The translations under genes were made by a program, and so were the position numbers. 43,448 nucleotides of DNA, from assembly GCA_041579395.1 (NCBI GenBank), contig JBFGFW010000001.1, forward strand, positions 1 through 43,448. The letters run 5' to 3'. The notes below the pieces were generated by a model, which saw nothing but the letters and a program-made list of their open reading frames with translations, was not told the DNA's origin and did not search any database. Origin of the DNA: Sulfitobacter sp. GTDB taxonomy: Bacteria > Pseudomonadota > Alphaproteobacteria > Rhodobacterales > Rhodobacteraceae. Shown in pieces: positions 19,237-29,650 of this stretch (positions are counted from its first letter, which is position 1; each line of letters begins with the position of its first letter).

Positions 19237-19965
19237 ATGCTGCACGGGTTAGAAACGGCCTTGAACCTGATTTATCCGCCAACTTGTCTGACCTGTCGGC
19301 AAGTGGTCGAGGGAAACGCAGGACTGTGCGGCCCCTGTTGGCGCGAGACGGCGTTTATCGGCGGGACCGTGTGCGACAGTTGCGGTGTGCCCCTGCCGGG
19401 CGGGCGGCACGGCGAGGTTGCGCATTGTGACGCTTGTTTGCGCGATCCGCCGCCTTGGGTGCAAGGACGGTCGGCGCTTTTGTACCGCGATATGGGGCGC
19501 AAGATCGTCTTGGCCTTCAAACACGGGGATCGGCAGGAAATTGCAGCGCCTGCCGCCCTCTGGATGGCACAGGCGATCGGCCGCTACCTGCAAGGCAACA
19601 CGCTGATCGCGCCGGTGCCCTTGCACTGGTCGCGCATGATCAAACGCAAATTCAACCAATCGGCATTGCTGGGCAAAGCATTGGCTGGCGAACTTGGGTG
19701 TGCATGGTGCCCTGATCTGCTGCAGCGCACCCGCCGGACACAGGTTCTGGATGGCAAGACCCGCACCGAAAGATACACCGCCGTGCAGGGCGCAATGGCG
19801 GTGCATCCCCGTCGGACGGAACTGCTGAGGGGGCGGCCCATTCTTTTGGTGGACGATGTGATGACATCGGGCGCGACACTTTCTTGCGCAACGCAGGCCT
19901 GTCTCGACGCCGGTGCGGGCGAGATACGTGTCGTAACACTGGCAAGAGTAGCGAAAGACACTTAA
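19237..19965 (+). CDS. comF: ComF family protein (zinc ribbons + PRTase-like)
   Basis: Four CxxC pairs, PVPLH, RKFNQS and LVDDVMTSGAT. Confidence 0.92.
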   Translation: MLHGLETALNLIYPPTCLTCRQVVEGNAGLCGPCWRETAFIGGTVCDSCGVPLPGGRHGEVAHCDACLRDPPPWVQGRSALLYRDMGRKIVLAFKHGDRQEIAAPAALWMAQAIGRYLQGNTLIAPVPLHWSRMIKRKFNQSALLGKALAGELGCAWCPDLLQRTRRTQVLDGKTRTERYTAVQGAMAVHPRRTELLRGRPILLVDDVMTSGATLSCATQACLDAGAGEIRVVTLARVAKDT

Positions 19966-20001
19966 GTCTTGTTCAACACGATTGTTGAAAAGGACATCGA
20001 C

Positions 20002-20259
20002 ATGAAATCCGTCGAAATTTACACCTCGCCGCTATGCGGTTTTTGCCATGCGGCCAAACGTCTGCTGAATGAAAAAGGCATCAGCTTTGCCGAAGTGGAT
20101 GTGCTTGCCCACCCCGAGCGCAAGGCCGAAATGGTGCAACGCGCCAATGGTGGTCGCACGGTGCCGCAGATTTTCATCGGCGATGCCCATGTCGGCGGGT
20201 GCGATGACCTTTACGCGCTTGAGCGAGCGGGCAAGCTGGACAAGTTGCTGGCCGCCTGA
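20002..20259 (+). CDS. grxC: Glutaredoxin 3
   Basis: CGFC, TVPQIF and GGCDD. AAAGGA RBS. Confidence 0.95.
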   Translation: MKSVEIYTSPLCGFCHAAKRLLNEKGISFAEVDVLAHPERKAEMVQRANGGRTVPQIFIGDAHVGGCDDLYALERAGKLDKLLAA

Positions 20260-21089
20260 TGAAAGCCGCCTTTGTTCAGCTGAATGCAACAGACACACCG
20301 GCCCGCAACCTTGCAGGGACAGTGGCGCTGGTGCGCGATGCGGCCGAACAGGGGGCGAGTTTCGTGCTGACGCCCGAGGTGACGAATTGCGTCTCCACCA
20401 GCCGTGCCCACCAGCGCCGCGTGCTGCAGTCCGAGGCCGACGATATCACCCTAGCCGCCCTGCGCGATGTGGTGCGGGACACCGGAATATGGTTGTTGAT
20501 CGGATCGCTGGGGCTGAAAACGGGCGACGCGGACGGGCGGTTTGCGAACCGGTCGTTCATGATCGGACCCGACGGCCAGATCGTCGCGCGTTATGACAAG
20601 ATCCATATGTTCGATGTCGCGATTGATCAGACAGAAACCTTCCGCGAATCAGCGGGATACCGCCCCGGCGAACAGGCCGTTCTGGCGGACACCCCGTTTG
20701 GCAAAATCGGGATGACGATCTGTTATGACATGCGGTTTCCGCATCTCTATCAGGCGCTGGCGTTGGCGGGTGCCGATATTCTGACGGTGCCTGCCGCGTT
20801 TTCCCCTGTCACCGGTGCCGCGCATTGGCATACCCTGCTGCGGGCCCGCGCAATTGAAACGGGCTGTTTCGTCTTGGCCCCGGCGCAGACCGGCGAACAT
20901 GCCAGCGATACCAACAAGACGCGGCTCACCTATGGCCATTCCCTTGCCGTCGCCCCTTGGGGCGACGTGATTCTGGATGCGGGCGATGCCCCCGGTGCCT
21001 ATCTGTTCGATCTGGATTTGGCACAACTTGCCGAGGCGCGCCGCCGGGTGCCCAGTCTGGCCAATCGCCGCACGTTCCGGGCACCATGA
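20259..21089 (+). CDS. Carbon-nitrogen hydrolase (Nit1/deaminated-glutathione amidase-like)
   Basis: E-K-C triad (TPE, YDKIHMF, ICYDMRFP) and LLRARAIE. Confidence 0.92.
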   Translation: MKAAFVQLNATDTPARNLAGTVALVRDAAEQGASFVLTPEVTNCVSTSRAHQRRVLQSEADDITLAALRDVVRDTGIWLLIGSLGLKTGDADGRFANRSFMIGPDGQIVARYDKIHMFDVAIDQTETFRESAGYRPGEQAVLADTPFGKIGMTICYDMRFPHLYQALALAGADILTVPAAFSPVTGAAHWHTLLRARAIETGCFVLAPAQTGEHASDTNKTRLTYGHSLAVAPWGDVILDAGDAPGAYLFDLDLAQLAEARRRVPSLANRRTFRAP

Positions 21090-21099
21090 TGGGCAAGCC

Positions 21100-21537
21100 A
21101 TGACCGAAAACCGCAATTCTCTGGCAATTACGCTAATCAGCGAGCTTTTGTCCGCAGATCAGCGCATGCGAAACCGTCTGACGCGGGTACTGCCCAAGGG
21201 AATGGAGATTTCGCATTTTTCGGTCCTGAACAATCTTGCGTGGCACGACGGCGAAAAGACGCCCGCGCAACTGGCCGAGACATTCAACGTGACACGTGGG
21301 GCGATGACCAACACGCTGACCAAGCTGGTTTGGGCCGGGTATGTTCACATCCGCCCCGACTGGGACGATGCGCGCCGCAAGATGGTCGCGATCAGTCCGG
21401 CCGGGCGGCAGGCGCGCGACGATGCGATCAAATCCATCACGCCCCTGATCCACAACGTTGCCGACGAACTGGGCGAAGATCAGGTACGTGCGACGCTCGA
21501 AACACTGCGCGCGCTGCGCCGGCATGCCGAAGATTAA
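21100..21537 (+). CDS. MarR-family transcriptional regulator
   Basis: wHTH TPAQLA...RGAMTNTL..L, with D.RRK...SPAG. Confidence 0.88.
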   Translation: MTENRNSLAITLISELLSADQRMRNRLTRVLPKGMEISHFSVLNNLAWHDGEKTPAQLAETFNVTRGAMTNTLTKLVWAGYVHIRPDWDDARRKMVAISPAGRQARDDAIKSITPLIHNVADELGEDQVRATLETLRALRRHAED

Positions 21538-21545
21538 CGCCGCGA

Positions 21546-22292
21546 TCAGGTCGGCTTGGTGCTGGCCGTCACGTAATTGACGCTAAGGTCGCGGGCAGAC
21601 AAGCGCCATGACCATGTGATCGGGTTGAAAACAAAGCCCTTGCGGTCCACCGGCGTCAGCCCTGCGTTGCGCAGCAGATCGTACAATTCGTCGGGGGTGA
21701 TGAACTTTGACCATTCATGCGTGCCTTTGGGTAACCAGCGCATCACGTGTTCCGCGCCGACAATCGCCATCATGAATGACTTGGGGTTGCGGTTCAGCGT
21801 CGAACAGATGTGCAACCCCCCGGGTTTCAGCAGCTTTCGGCAGGCGATCAGGTAATCGATGGGGGACGCGACATGTTCGACGACTTCCATGTTCAGAACG
21901 ATGTCGAACTGCTCGCCCGCCTCTGCCAGCGCTTCGGCGGTGGTGTGGCGATAATCGATTGTCAGCCCGGATTGCTCGGCATGCACCTGGGCCACGGGAA
22001 TGTTCCGCTCTGCCGCATCGGCACCGACCACGTCTGCCCCCAACCGCGCCATCGGTTCCGAAAGCAACCCGCCGCCACAGCCGATATCCAGAATGCGCAG
22101 GCCCCGGAAAGGCGCGTTCGTTTTCAGGTCGCGGTTGAACTCTCCGGCGATCTGCTGCGCGATGTAATCCAACCGACAGGGATTCAGCATGTGAAGCGGC
22201 TTGAACTTGCCGTTTTCATCCCACCATTCGGCGGCCATGGCCTGAAACTTTTCAATCTCGGCGGGGTCAACAGTACTTTGTGGCGCTTGCAT
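21546..22292 (-). CDS. ubiG: Ubiquinone biosynthesis O-methyltransferase
   Basis: [29 protein letters not shown] and LPKGTH. Confidence 0.96.
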   Translation of the reverse strand: MQAPQSTVDPAEIEKFQAMAAEWWDENGKFKPLHMLNPCRLDYIAQQIAGEFNRDLKTNAPFRGLRILDIGCGGGLLSEPMARLGADVVGADAAERNIPVAQVHAEQSGLTIDYRHTTAEALAEAGEQFDIVLNMEVVEHVASPIDYLIACRKLLKPGGLHICSTLNRNPKSFMMAIVGAEHVMRWLPKGTHEWSKFITPDELYDLLRNAGLTPVDRKGFVFNPITWSWRLSARDLSVNYVTASTKPT

Positions 22293-22340
22293 TCTGATCT
22301 CTCTGTGCTCTTCTGGTTTCAAGAACTATATAGGGCTGTA

Positions 22341-23312
22341 ATGGACAAAATCCCGGACCAAAAGCGCGCACTGCATTATCTCTATCCGCCGATCGATCCG
22401 TTCGATCAGCGGATGATGGATATGGGCGACGGGCACACGGTGTATGTCGAACGGTGCGGCAACCCTGCTGGCATTCCGGTCATTGTGCTGCATGGTGGGC
22501 CGGGTGGCGGGTGCAGCCCGTCGATGCGGCGCTACTTTGATCCTGACAAGTATCATGTGATTCTGTTTGATCAGCGCGGCTGTGGGCGGTCGACACCGTT
22601 TGCGTCGGTGATCAACAACACCACATGGGATCTGGTTGCCGACATCGAACGCATTCGCACGGCCCTTGGCATTGCCCAGTGGGTCGCTTTTGGTGGCAGC
22701 TGGGGTGCGACGCTTGCGTTGATCTATGCACAGACCCATCCGGACCGGGTGCGCAACATCGTGTTGCGCGGCGTGTTCATGATGACTCAATCGGAACTTG
22801 AATGGTTCTATGGCGGCGGGGCGGGCAAATTCTGGCCCGACGTCTGGGCGCGTTTCGTAAGCCTGATCCCGCTGGAGGAACGCGACAATCTGATCGCGGC
22901 CTATCACAAGCGTTTGTTTTCCGGCGATATGCCGACCGAAGTGAAATACGGCAAGGCGTGGGCCGCGTGGGAAAACGCACTGGCGTCGATCCATTCGTCC
23001 GGCGGGGCGCATGACGGGCCGGGTGAATATTCGCGGACCTTTGCCCGGCTTGAGAATCACTATTTCACGAATGCGGGTTTTCTGGAGTTTGACGGCCAGA
23101 TCATGGCGCATGTTCCGCGCATTGCGCATATCCCCGGTGTGATTGTGCAAGGCCGATATGACATGATCTGCCCTCCGGTCAGCGCCCACAATCTGGCGCA
23201 AGCCTGGCCCAATGCAGAGCTGAAGATGGTGCGCAATGCAGGACACGCGCTGTCAGAACCGGGGATAAGCGCGGAACTGGTCCGCGCCATGGACAGGATT
23301 GCAGCCCAATGA
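22341..23312 (+). CDS. pip: Proline iminopeptidase
   Basis: LHGGPG, DQRGCG.S.P, GGSWG nucleophile, QGRYD..C and AGH. The true start is within the longer ORF 21810-23312. Confidence 0.93.
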   Translation: MDKIPDQKRALHYLYPPIDPFDQRMMDMGDGHTVYVERCGNPAGIPVIVLHGGPGGGCSPSMRRYFDPDKYHVILFDQRGCGRSTPFASVINNTTWDLVADIERIRTALGIAQWVAFGGSWGATLALIYAQTHPDRVRNIVLRGVFMMTQSELEWFYGGGAGKFWPDVWARFVSLIPLEERDNLIAAYHKRLFSGDMPTEVKYGKAWAAWENALASIHSSGGAHDGPGEYSRTFARLENHYFTNAGFLEFDGQIMAHVPRIAHIPGVIVQGRYDMICPPVSAHNLAQAWPNAELKMVRNAGHALSEPGISAELVRAMDRIAAQ

Positions 23313-24163
23313 CGCGCGCGCGCTCAGTTATGGATCGTCGTGCGCTGTTTGCCACAGGTGCGGCAGCGGCCTTGCTGGCGGCGACGGGTGTTTCTGCGGC
23401 GTCGATGGCGAAACCGGGCGGGCGTTTGCGCTTGGCGCTTTCCGGGGCGCAGCGCAGCGACAGTTGGCTGCAGGGCAGCGGTCTTTTCATGCAGGTGGCA
23501 CGCCAAGGGCTGATCTTTGACACGCTGACGGAAATCGCCGCCGACGGAACCCTGCGCGGCGAACTGGCGACAGATTGGCAGGGCAGCGTGGATGGTCGCG
23601 TCTGGCTGTTTGATCTGCGCGACGATGCTGTGTTTCACGACGGACGGCAGATGACGGCCCACGATGTTGCGGCGTCCCTTGTGCTGGATGGTGTGGTCGA
23701 CGTGGTCGGCCCGCACCAGATTCGCATCGTGTTTGCAGATCCGGCACTGGACCTGCCCTTTGTTCTGTCTGGCCCCCGACATGTGATCCGCCCGGCTTAT
23801 GCGACGGACGCGGGAATCGGCACCGGGCTGTACCGGTTGCGGCGGTTCACCCCCGGCCAGCAGGTTTTGGCCGAACGTGTGACGGATCATTACAAGGGCA
23901 GCGCTGCGGGGTGGTTTGATACCGTCAACCTTGTGTCGATTCCGTCTGACGCCGTGCGGGCGCAGGCGTTGGCTGAACAACTGGTGGATGCGGCTGATCT
24001 GGCCGACCCCGGTGTCCTTGCAGGGATTGAGGATATCGCGTTTTTGCCAACACTGCGGGATATGACCCAAGCCGTAAGCCGTCGGGTGGCGATGCCGATC
24101 AAAACCGGGCAGCTCCGTCCGCTGGATAACCTGCGCGCGGCTGAACGCTGGTGGTTTGCCTGA
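23309..24163 (+). CDS. Short family-5 (Dpp/Opp-like) solute-binding protein
   Basis: DRRALF Tat-like motif, LAT.W, LR....FHDG..MTA.DV..S, IGTG.Y and C-terminal AERWWFA. Confidence 0.75.
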   Translation: MTRARSVMDRRALFATGAAAALLAATGVSAASMAKPGGRLRLALSGAQRSDSWLQGSGLFMQVARQGLIFDTLTEIAADGTLRGELATDWQGSVDGRVWLFDLRDDAVFHDGRQMTAHDVAASLVLDGVVDVVGPHQIRIVFADPALDLPFVLSGPRHVIRPAYATDAGIGTGLYRLRRFTPGQQVLAERVTDHYKGSAAGWFDTVNLVSIPSDAVRAQALAEQLVDAADLADPGVLAGIEDIAFLPTLRDMTQAVSRRVAMPIKTGQLRPLDNLRAAERWWFA

Positions 24164-24171
24164 GACAGGGC

Positions 24172-24200
24172 TTGCAGTTTCCCACATCCAGGCGTATATC
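24172..24200 (+). promoter_or_regulatory. Putative sigma70 promoter of the rimP-nusA-infB operon
   Basis: (C)TTGCAG-N17-TATATC, a typical alphaproteobacterial housekeeping promoter. Confidence 0.65.
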
Positions 24201-24255
24201 CCCTTTCAACAGCGGCGCGTCAGGGTCCACACCAGATGCTCCACCGATCTTGAAC

Positions 24256-24278
24256 ACGGGCCGCGCGCCCGTTTTTTT
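24256..24278 (+). terminator. Leader terminator/attenuator upstream of rimP
   Basis: ACGGGC-cgcgc-GCCCGT followed by a T tract, between the promoter and the ATG. Confidence 0.6.
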
Positions 24279-24314
24279 GTGCCTGCTCGAAACCCAGCAG
24301 CGATAAGTGAGACT

Positions 24315-24893
24315 ATGAACAACGACCTGATAGCCAAAGCCGCCATTGACCGCCGCATGGCCGAGATCATCACCCCGGTGATCGAGGACATGGGGTTTGA
24401 ACTGGTGCGCGTTCGCCTGATGTCGGCCAAATCTACCACCTTGCAGGTGATGGTGGACCGCCCCGATGGCGGTATCGAACTCGACGAATTGGCGCTGATC
24501 AGCCAAGCCATCAGCGCGGTGCTTGACGTGGAAGACCCGATTCTGGATGAATACACGCTTGAGGTTTCAAGCCCCGGCATTGACCGCCCGCTGACCCGCC
24601 TCAAGGATTTTGAGATGTTCGAGGGCTATGAGGCCAAGATTGAAACTGCCGATCTGATTGACGGACGCCGCCGCTTCAAGGGCGCATTGGCGGGTGTTGA
24701 AGGTGACGAAGTGTTGATCAATGTCGAAGAAGGCACGATCGGGCTGAAGTTCGATTGGCTGACCGATGCCAAACTGGTGCTGACCGACGATCTGATCAAG
24801 GAAATGCTGCGTCAGCGCAAAGCGACGGGCGCGATTGACGAAACGAAATTCGATGACATCGAGACCGAAGGGTCCGCTGAGGGAGACGACTAA
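24315..24893 (+). CDS. rimP: Ribosome maturation factor RimP
   Basis: LDVEDPI...[13 protein letters not shown]. Directly upstream of nusA. Confidence 0.95.
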   Translation: MNNDLIAKAAIDRRMAEIITPVIEDMGFELVRVRLMSAKSTTLQVMVDRPDGGIELDELALISQAISAVLDVEDPILDEYTLEVSSPGIDRPLTRLKDFEMFEGYEAKIETADLIDGRRRFKGALAGVEGDEVLINVEEGTIGLKFDWLTDAKLVLTDDLIKEMLRQRKATGAIDETKFDDIETEGSAEGDD

Positions 24894-26507
24894 ATGGCCA
24901 TTACATCTGCCAACCAACTTGAGTTGCTGCAAACCGCCGAGGCTGTTGCCCGCGAAAAGATGATCGACCCCGGTCTGGTGGTCGAAGCGATGGAAGAATC
25001 GCTCGCCCGGGCGGCCAAGTCGCGCTACGGGGCCGAGATGGACATTCGCGTTCATATCGACCGCAAGACCGGTCGCGCGACCTTTACCCGTGTGCGCACT
25101 GTTGTCGCCGATGACGAGCTTGAGAATTATCAGGCTGAATTCACGGTCGAACAGGCCAAGCAATATATGGACAACCCCGAAATCGGGCAGGAATACAGCG
25201 AAGAAGTGCCGCCCGTCGAAATGGGCCGGATCGCCGCGCAATCCGCCAAGCAGGTGATCTTGCAAAAGGTCCGCGAAGCCGAACGGGATCGTCAGTACGA
25301 AGAATTCAAAGACCGCGCCGGGACGATCATCAACGGTCTGGTCAAGCGCGAGGAATACGGCAACGTCATCGTCGATGTGGGCGCAGGCGAAGCGATTCTG
25401 CGCCGCAACGAGAAGATCGGCCGCGAAAGCTATCGCCCGAACGACCGGATCCGCGTCTACATCAAGGACGTGCGCCGCGAACAGCGCGGCCCGCAGATTT
25501 TCCTGTCGCGCACCGCGCCCGAGTTCATGGCTGAGTTGTTCAAGATGGAAGTGCCCGAGATTTACGACGGCATCATCGAGATCAAGGCCGTTGCTCGTGA
25601 CCCCGGTTCGCGTGCGAAGATCGCCGTTATTTCGTATGACAGCTCGATTGATCCTGTCGGTGCCTGTGTGGGTATGCGCGGCAGCCGTGTTCAGGCCGTC
25701 GTGAACGAATTGCAGGGCGAGAAAATCGACATCATTCCATGGAATGAAGACCAGCCCACGTTTCTTGTGAATGCGCTTCAGCCTGCCGAAGTGTCAAAGG
25801 TGGTGCTGGACGAAGAAGCCGGCAAGATCGAAGTTGTCGTTCCCGAGGATCAGTTGTCGCTGGCGATCGGTCGTCGTGGCCAGAACGTGCGTCTTGCGTC
25901 GCAGTTGACCGGCCTTGATATCGACATCATGACCGAAGAGCAGGAAAGCCAGCGTCGTCAGGCCGAATTTGAACTGCGTACCAAGCTGTTCATGGACACC
26001 CTGGATCTGGACGAATTTTTTGCGCAGCTATTGGTGTCCGAAGGGTTCACGAACCTTGAAGAAGTCGCCTATGTCGAAGTTGACGAATTGCTGGTTATCG
26101 ACGGTGTTGATGCAGATACAGCCAGCGAATTGCAGGCCCGTGCCCGCGATGTGTTGGAAGCGCAGAGCAAAGCGGCCCTTGATGCCGCCCGTGCGTTGGG
26201 TGTTGACGACACGCTTATTGAATTCGAGGGCCTGACACCCCAAATGATTGAGGCGTTGGCCAAGGACGATGTGAAAACGCTTGAAGATTTCGCGACTTGC
26301 GCAGACTGGGAACTGGCCGGTGGCTGGACCACAGTGAATGGCGAGCGTACCAAGGATGATGGCACGCTAGAGCCTTTTGGCATGACGCTGGAAGAAGCGC
26401 AGCATTTGATCATGACAGCCCGCGTTCTGCTGGGTTGGGTCGATCCCGCTGAGCTGGAGCCAAAGGCTGAAGACGATGACGCAGAAGACGAGGAAGCCGA
26501 GGCCTGA
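24894..26507 (+). CDS. nusA: Transcription termination factor NusA
   Basis: GRIAAQSAKQV, RDPGSRAK, DPVGACVG.RG, AIGRRGQNVRLA and acidic C-terminal repeats. Confidence 0.98.
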   Translation: MAITSANQLELLQTAEAVAREKMIDPGLVVEAMEESLARAAKSRYGAEMDIRVHIDRKTGRATFTRVRTVVADDELENYQAEFTVEQAKQYMDNPEIGQEYSEEVPPVEMGRIAAQSAKQVILQKVREAERDRQYEEFKDRAGTIINGLVKREEYGNVIVDVGAGEAILRRNEKIGRESYRPNDRIRVYIKDVRREQRGPQIFLSRTAPEFMAELFKMEVPEIYDGIIEIKAVARDPGSRAKIAVISYDSSIDPVGACVGMRGSRVQAVVNELQGEKIDIIPWNEDQPTFLVNALQPAEVSKVVLDEEAGKIEVVVPEDQLSLAIGRRGQNVRLASQLTGLDIDIMTEEQESQRRQAEFELRTKLFMDTLDLDEFFAQLLVSEGFTNLEEVAYVEVDELLVIDGVDADTASELQARARDVLEAQSKAALDAARALGVDDTLIEFEGLTPQMIEALAKDDVKTLEDFATCADWELAGGWTTVNGERTKDDGTLEPFGMTLEEAQHLIMTARVLLGWVDPAELEPKAEDDDAEDEEAEA

Positions 26508-26529
26508 TCGCAGGCTTCGGGGGTAGAGC

Positions 26530-27150
26530 ATGACGCGCGGTGGCGTTTCTAAAGACCGGGAAGACGGTCCAGAGCGGAAGTGCATCGCCACCGGCGAAGT
26601 GCAGCCAAAAAACGGGCTTATCCGTTTCGTGGTGGGACCCGATGCGCAGTTGTTCCCTGACATTCTGGGCAAGTTGCCCGGTCGGGGTATCTACGTTTCG
26701 GCGGACAGGGCCGCGTTGGAAAAGGCCGTGAAGAAGGGGCTCTTTGCCCGTGCGGCCAAACAACCGGTCAAGGTTGATGAGGGATTGGTGGACGAGGTTG
26801 AAAAACAGCTTGTCCGCCGCGTGGTTGACCTGATCTCGATGCAGCGCAAGGCCGGAAAGGCCGTCGCTGGTTATGAGAAGGTTAAGGGTTGGCTGCAAAC
26901 GGAAGAAGCCGAGGTTTTGATTCAGGCAGTTGATGGATCAGGGCGCGGCAAATCGAAGTTGAGCACGCCGCATTTCGGCCATTACATTGGTTGGTTGACG
27001 GCAGATGAATTGGGTTTGGCATTCGGACGTCAAACTGTGATACATGGGGCGCTCGCCTCTGGTGGACTCACCTCTCGTGTTGTAGAGGAAGCTCAGCGGT
27101 TAAAAGGCGTGCGCATAAACGAGGGTGGCAACGGTCACCCGAAAGGATAG
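26530..27150 (+). CDS. YlxR (DUF448)-L7Ae fused RNA-binding protein
   Basis: ERKCIATG, LIRFV, PGRGIY and L7Ae-like C-terminus (RKAG..V.G, ELG.AFGR). Lies between nusA and infB. Confidence 0.9.
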   Translation: MTRGGVSKDREDGPERKCIATGEVQPKNGLIRFVVGPDAQLFPDILGKLPGRGIYVSADRAALEKAVKKGLFARAAKQPVKVDEGLVDEVEKQLVRRVVDLISMQRKAGKAVAGYEKVKGWLQTEEAEVLIQAVDGSGRGKSKLSTPHFGHYIGWLTADELGLAFGRQTVIHGALASGGLTSRVVEEAQRLKGVRINEGGNGHPKG

Positions 27151-27159
27151 ACGAGCTTC

Positions 27160-29643
27160 ATGAGCGATAGTGACGGCAAAAAGACATTGGGCCTGCGGGG
27201 TGCACCTTCGCGCCCGGGTAATGTAAAGCAAAGCTTTAGCCACGGGCGAACCAAAAACGTCGTGGTCGAAACCAAGCGCAAGCGCGTTGTGGTGCCAAAA
27301 CCTGCGGGCGCTAAGCCTGCTGGCGGCAATAATCCCTCGCTTGGGGATCCCTCAAAGCGTCCCGCGGGCATCACCGATTCCGAGATGGAGCGCCGTCTTA
27401 AGGCTGTGCAAGCTGCCCGCGCCCGAGAGTCGGACGAGGCAGACGCCCGTGAAGCCGAAGAAAAGGCCCGCGCGGAAGACCGCGAGCGCCGCCGCGCCGA
27501 GATCGACGCCAAAGAGGCCGAAGATCGTGCGCTTGAAGAGAGCCTGAAAGCGAAAGCTGAAGAAGACGAGCGCCGCAAGCAAGAGGCGGAAGCCGCTGCA
27601 GTTGTGACAACCGCTCCGATTGAACAGCCCGCCGCTGCCAAGCTGCCCAACACCAAAGGGGGCGCGCCTGCGCCCGCGGCCCGCAAGAAAGAGACGGACC
27701 GCGAAGAAACCAACAAGCGTAACAAAGGTGCCGATGACAGCCGCCGTTCGGGCAAGCTGACGTTGAACCAGGCGCTGACCGGTGGCGAAGGTGGCCGTCA
27801 GCGTTCGATGGCACAGATGAAGCGAAAGCAGGAACGCCAGCGCCAAAAGGCGATGGGTGGCACGGTCGAGCGCGAAAAGGTCGTGCGCAACGTGAACCTG
27901 CCTCCGGCGATTGTGGTGTCTGAACTGGCGAACCGTATGGCCGAACGCGTTGGCGCTGTCGTCAAGGCGCTGATGAACAGTGGCTTGATGGTGACCCAGA
28001 ACGAAACCATTGATGCCGACACCGCCGAGCTGATCATCGAAGAATTTGGCCATAAGGTGGTGCGTGTGTCTGATGCCGACGTCGAAGACGTGATCAAGGA
28101 AGCGGAAGACGATCCAAAAGATCTTATCACGCGACCACCTGTCATCACGATCATGGGTCACGTTGACCACGGGAAGACATCGTTGTTGGATGCGATCCGC
28201 AAAGCCAAGGTTCAGGCCGGCGAAGCAGGCGGCATCACGCAGCACATCGGTGCGTATCAGGTGATGTCCGACAAGGGTCAGGCGCTGACCTTCCTGGATA
28301 CGCCCGGCCACGCTGCGTTTACATCCATGCGGTCACGTGGTGCCCAGGTTACGGATATTGTCGTGCTGGTCGTTGCCGCCGATGATGCTGTCATGCCGCA
28401 GACGATCGAAGCGATCCACCACGCGAAAGCGGCCAAAGTGCCGATGATCGTGGCGATCAACAAGGTCGATAAATACGAGGCGAACCCGGATAAGGTGCGC
28501 ACCGATCTGCTGCAACACGAAGTCATCGTCGAAAAGATGTCCGGAGAAGTCCAGGACGTCGAAGTGTCGGCAAAGACCGGTCAGGGCCTTGACGAACTGC
28601 TGGAAGCAATCTCGCTTCAGGCGGAACTGCTTGAGCTGAAAGCCAATCCAAATCGCGCTGCCGTTGGTGCCGTGATCGAAGCGCAACTTGACGTGGGTCG
28701 CGGCCCGGTTGCGACCGTGCTGATCCAGAACGGTACGCTGCGCCAAGGCGACATTTTCGTTGTCGGCGAACAGTTTGGCAAGGTCCGTGCGCTGATTAAC
28801 GATAAGGGCGAACGCGTCAAGGAAGCAGGCCCTTCGGTCCCTGTCGAGGTGCTTGGCCTGAATGGTACACCTGCCGCCGGTGACGTGCTGAACGTGACCG
28901 ATACCGAAGCGCAGGCGCGTGAAATCGCGGAATACCGCGCCAACGCCGCCAAGGACAAGCGTGCCGCCGCCGGTGCCGCGACCACGCTGGAACAGTTGAT
29001 GGCAAATGCCAAGGCTGACGCAAGCGTGTCCGAACTGCCGCTGCTGATCAAGGCAGACGTGCAGGGTTCTGCCGAAGCCATTGTTCAGGCGATGGAAAAG
29101 ATCGGCAACGACGAAGTCCGTGTGCGCATCCTTCATTCGGGCGTCGGTGCCATCACCGACACCGATGTCGGTCTGGCCGAAGCGTCGAACGCGCCGATCA
29201 TCGGTTTCAACGTGCGTGCCAATGCGTCGGCGCGTGCAACGGCGAACCAAAAGGGTGTCGAGATCCGGTATTACTCGGTCATCTATGACTTGGTCGACGA
29301 CGTGAAGGCTGCTGCGAGTGGCTTGCTGAGTAACGAGATTCGCGAACACTTTATCGGCTATGCGTCGATCAAAGAGGTGTTCAAGGTCACGGGTGTCGGC
29401 AAGGTCGCGGGCTGTCTGGTCACCGAAGGCAAGGCAAGCCGTGCCGCTGGTGTGCGTCTGCTGCGCGATGATGTCGTGATCCACGAAGGGACACTGAAAA
29501 CGCTGAAGCGCTTCAAGGATGAAGTGGCCGAAGTGCCATCAGGCCAGGAATGTGGCATGGCGTTCGAGAACTACGAAGACATTCGCCCCGGCGATGTCAT
29601 CGAAATCTTCACACGCGAAGAAGTCGAACGCACACTGGCCTAA
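27160..29643 (+). CDS. infB: Translation initiation factor IF-2
   Basis: [25 protein letters not shown] and KADVQGS. Confidence 0.98.
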   Translation: MSDSDGKKTLGLRGAPSRPGNVKQSFSHGRTKNVVVETKRKRVVVPKPAGAKPAGGNNPSLGDPSKRPAGITDSEMERRLKAVQAARARESDEADAREAEEKARAEDRERRRAEIDAKEAEDRALEESLKAKAEEDERRKQEAEAAAVVTTAPIEQPAAAKLPNTKGGAPAPAARKKETDREETNKRNKGADDSRRSGKLTLNQALTGGEGGRQRSMAQMKRKQERQRQKAMGGTVEREKVVRNVNLPPAIVVSELANRMAERVGAVVKALMNSGLMVTQNETIDADTAELIIEEFGHKVVRVSDADVEDVIKEAEDDPKDLITRPPVITIMGHVDHGKTSLLDAIRKAKVQAGEAGGITQHIGAYQVMSDKGQALTFLDTPGHAAFTSMRSRGAQVTDIVVLVVAADDAVMPQTIEAIHHAKAAKVPMIVAINKVDKYEANPDKVRTDLLQHEVIVEKMSGEVQDVEVSAKTGQGLDELLEAISLQAELLELKANPNRAAVGAVIEAQLDVGRGPVATVLIQNGTLRQGDIFVVGEQFGKVRALINDKGERVKEAGPSVPVEVLGLNGTPAAGDVLNVTDTEAQAREIAEYRANAAKDKRAAAGAATTLEQLMANAKADASVSELPLLIKADVQGSAEAIVQAMEKIGNDEVRVRILHSGVGAITDTDVGLAEASNAPIIGFNVRANASARATANQKGVEIRYYSVIYDLVDDVKAAASGLLSNEIREHFIGYASIKEVFKVTGVGKVAGCLVTEGKASRAAGVRLLRDDVVIHEGTLKTLKRFKDEVAEVPSGQECGMAFENYEDIRPGDVIEIFTREEVERTLA

Positions 29644-29650
29644 TCAGGCT

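Noticed and set aside
21810-22340. 177-aa N-terminal extension of Pip in the ORF track
   Set aside because: It overlaps ubiG on the opposite strand, and the Pip-like sequence begins at ATG 22341. The extensions on argG, ilvA, hslO, rimP, MarR and the PPP phosphatase were trimmed likewise.
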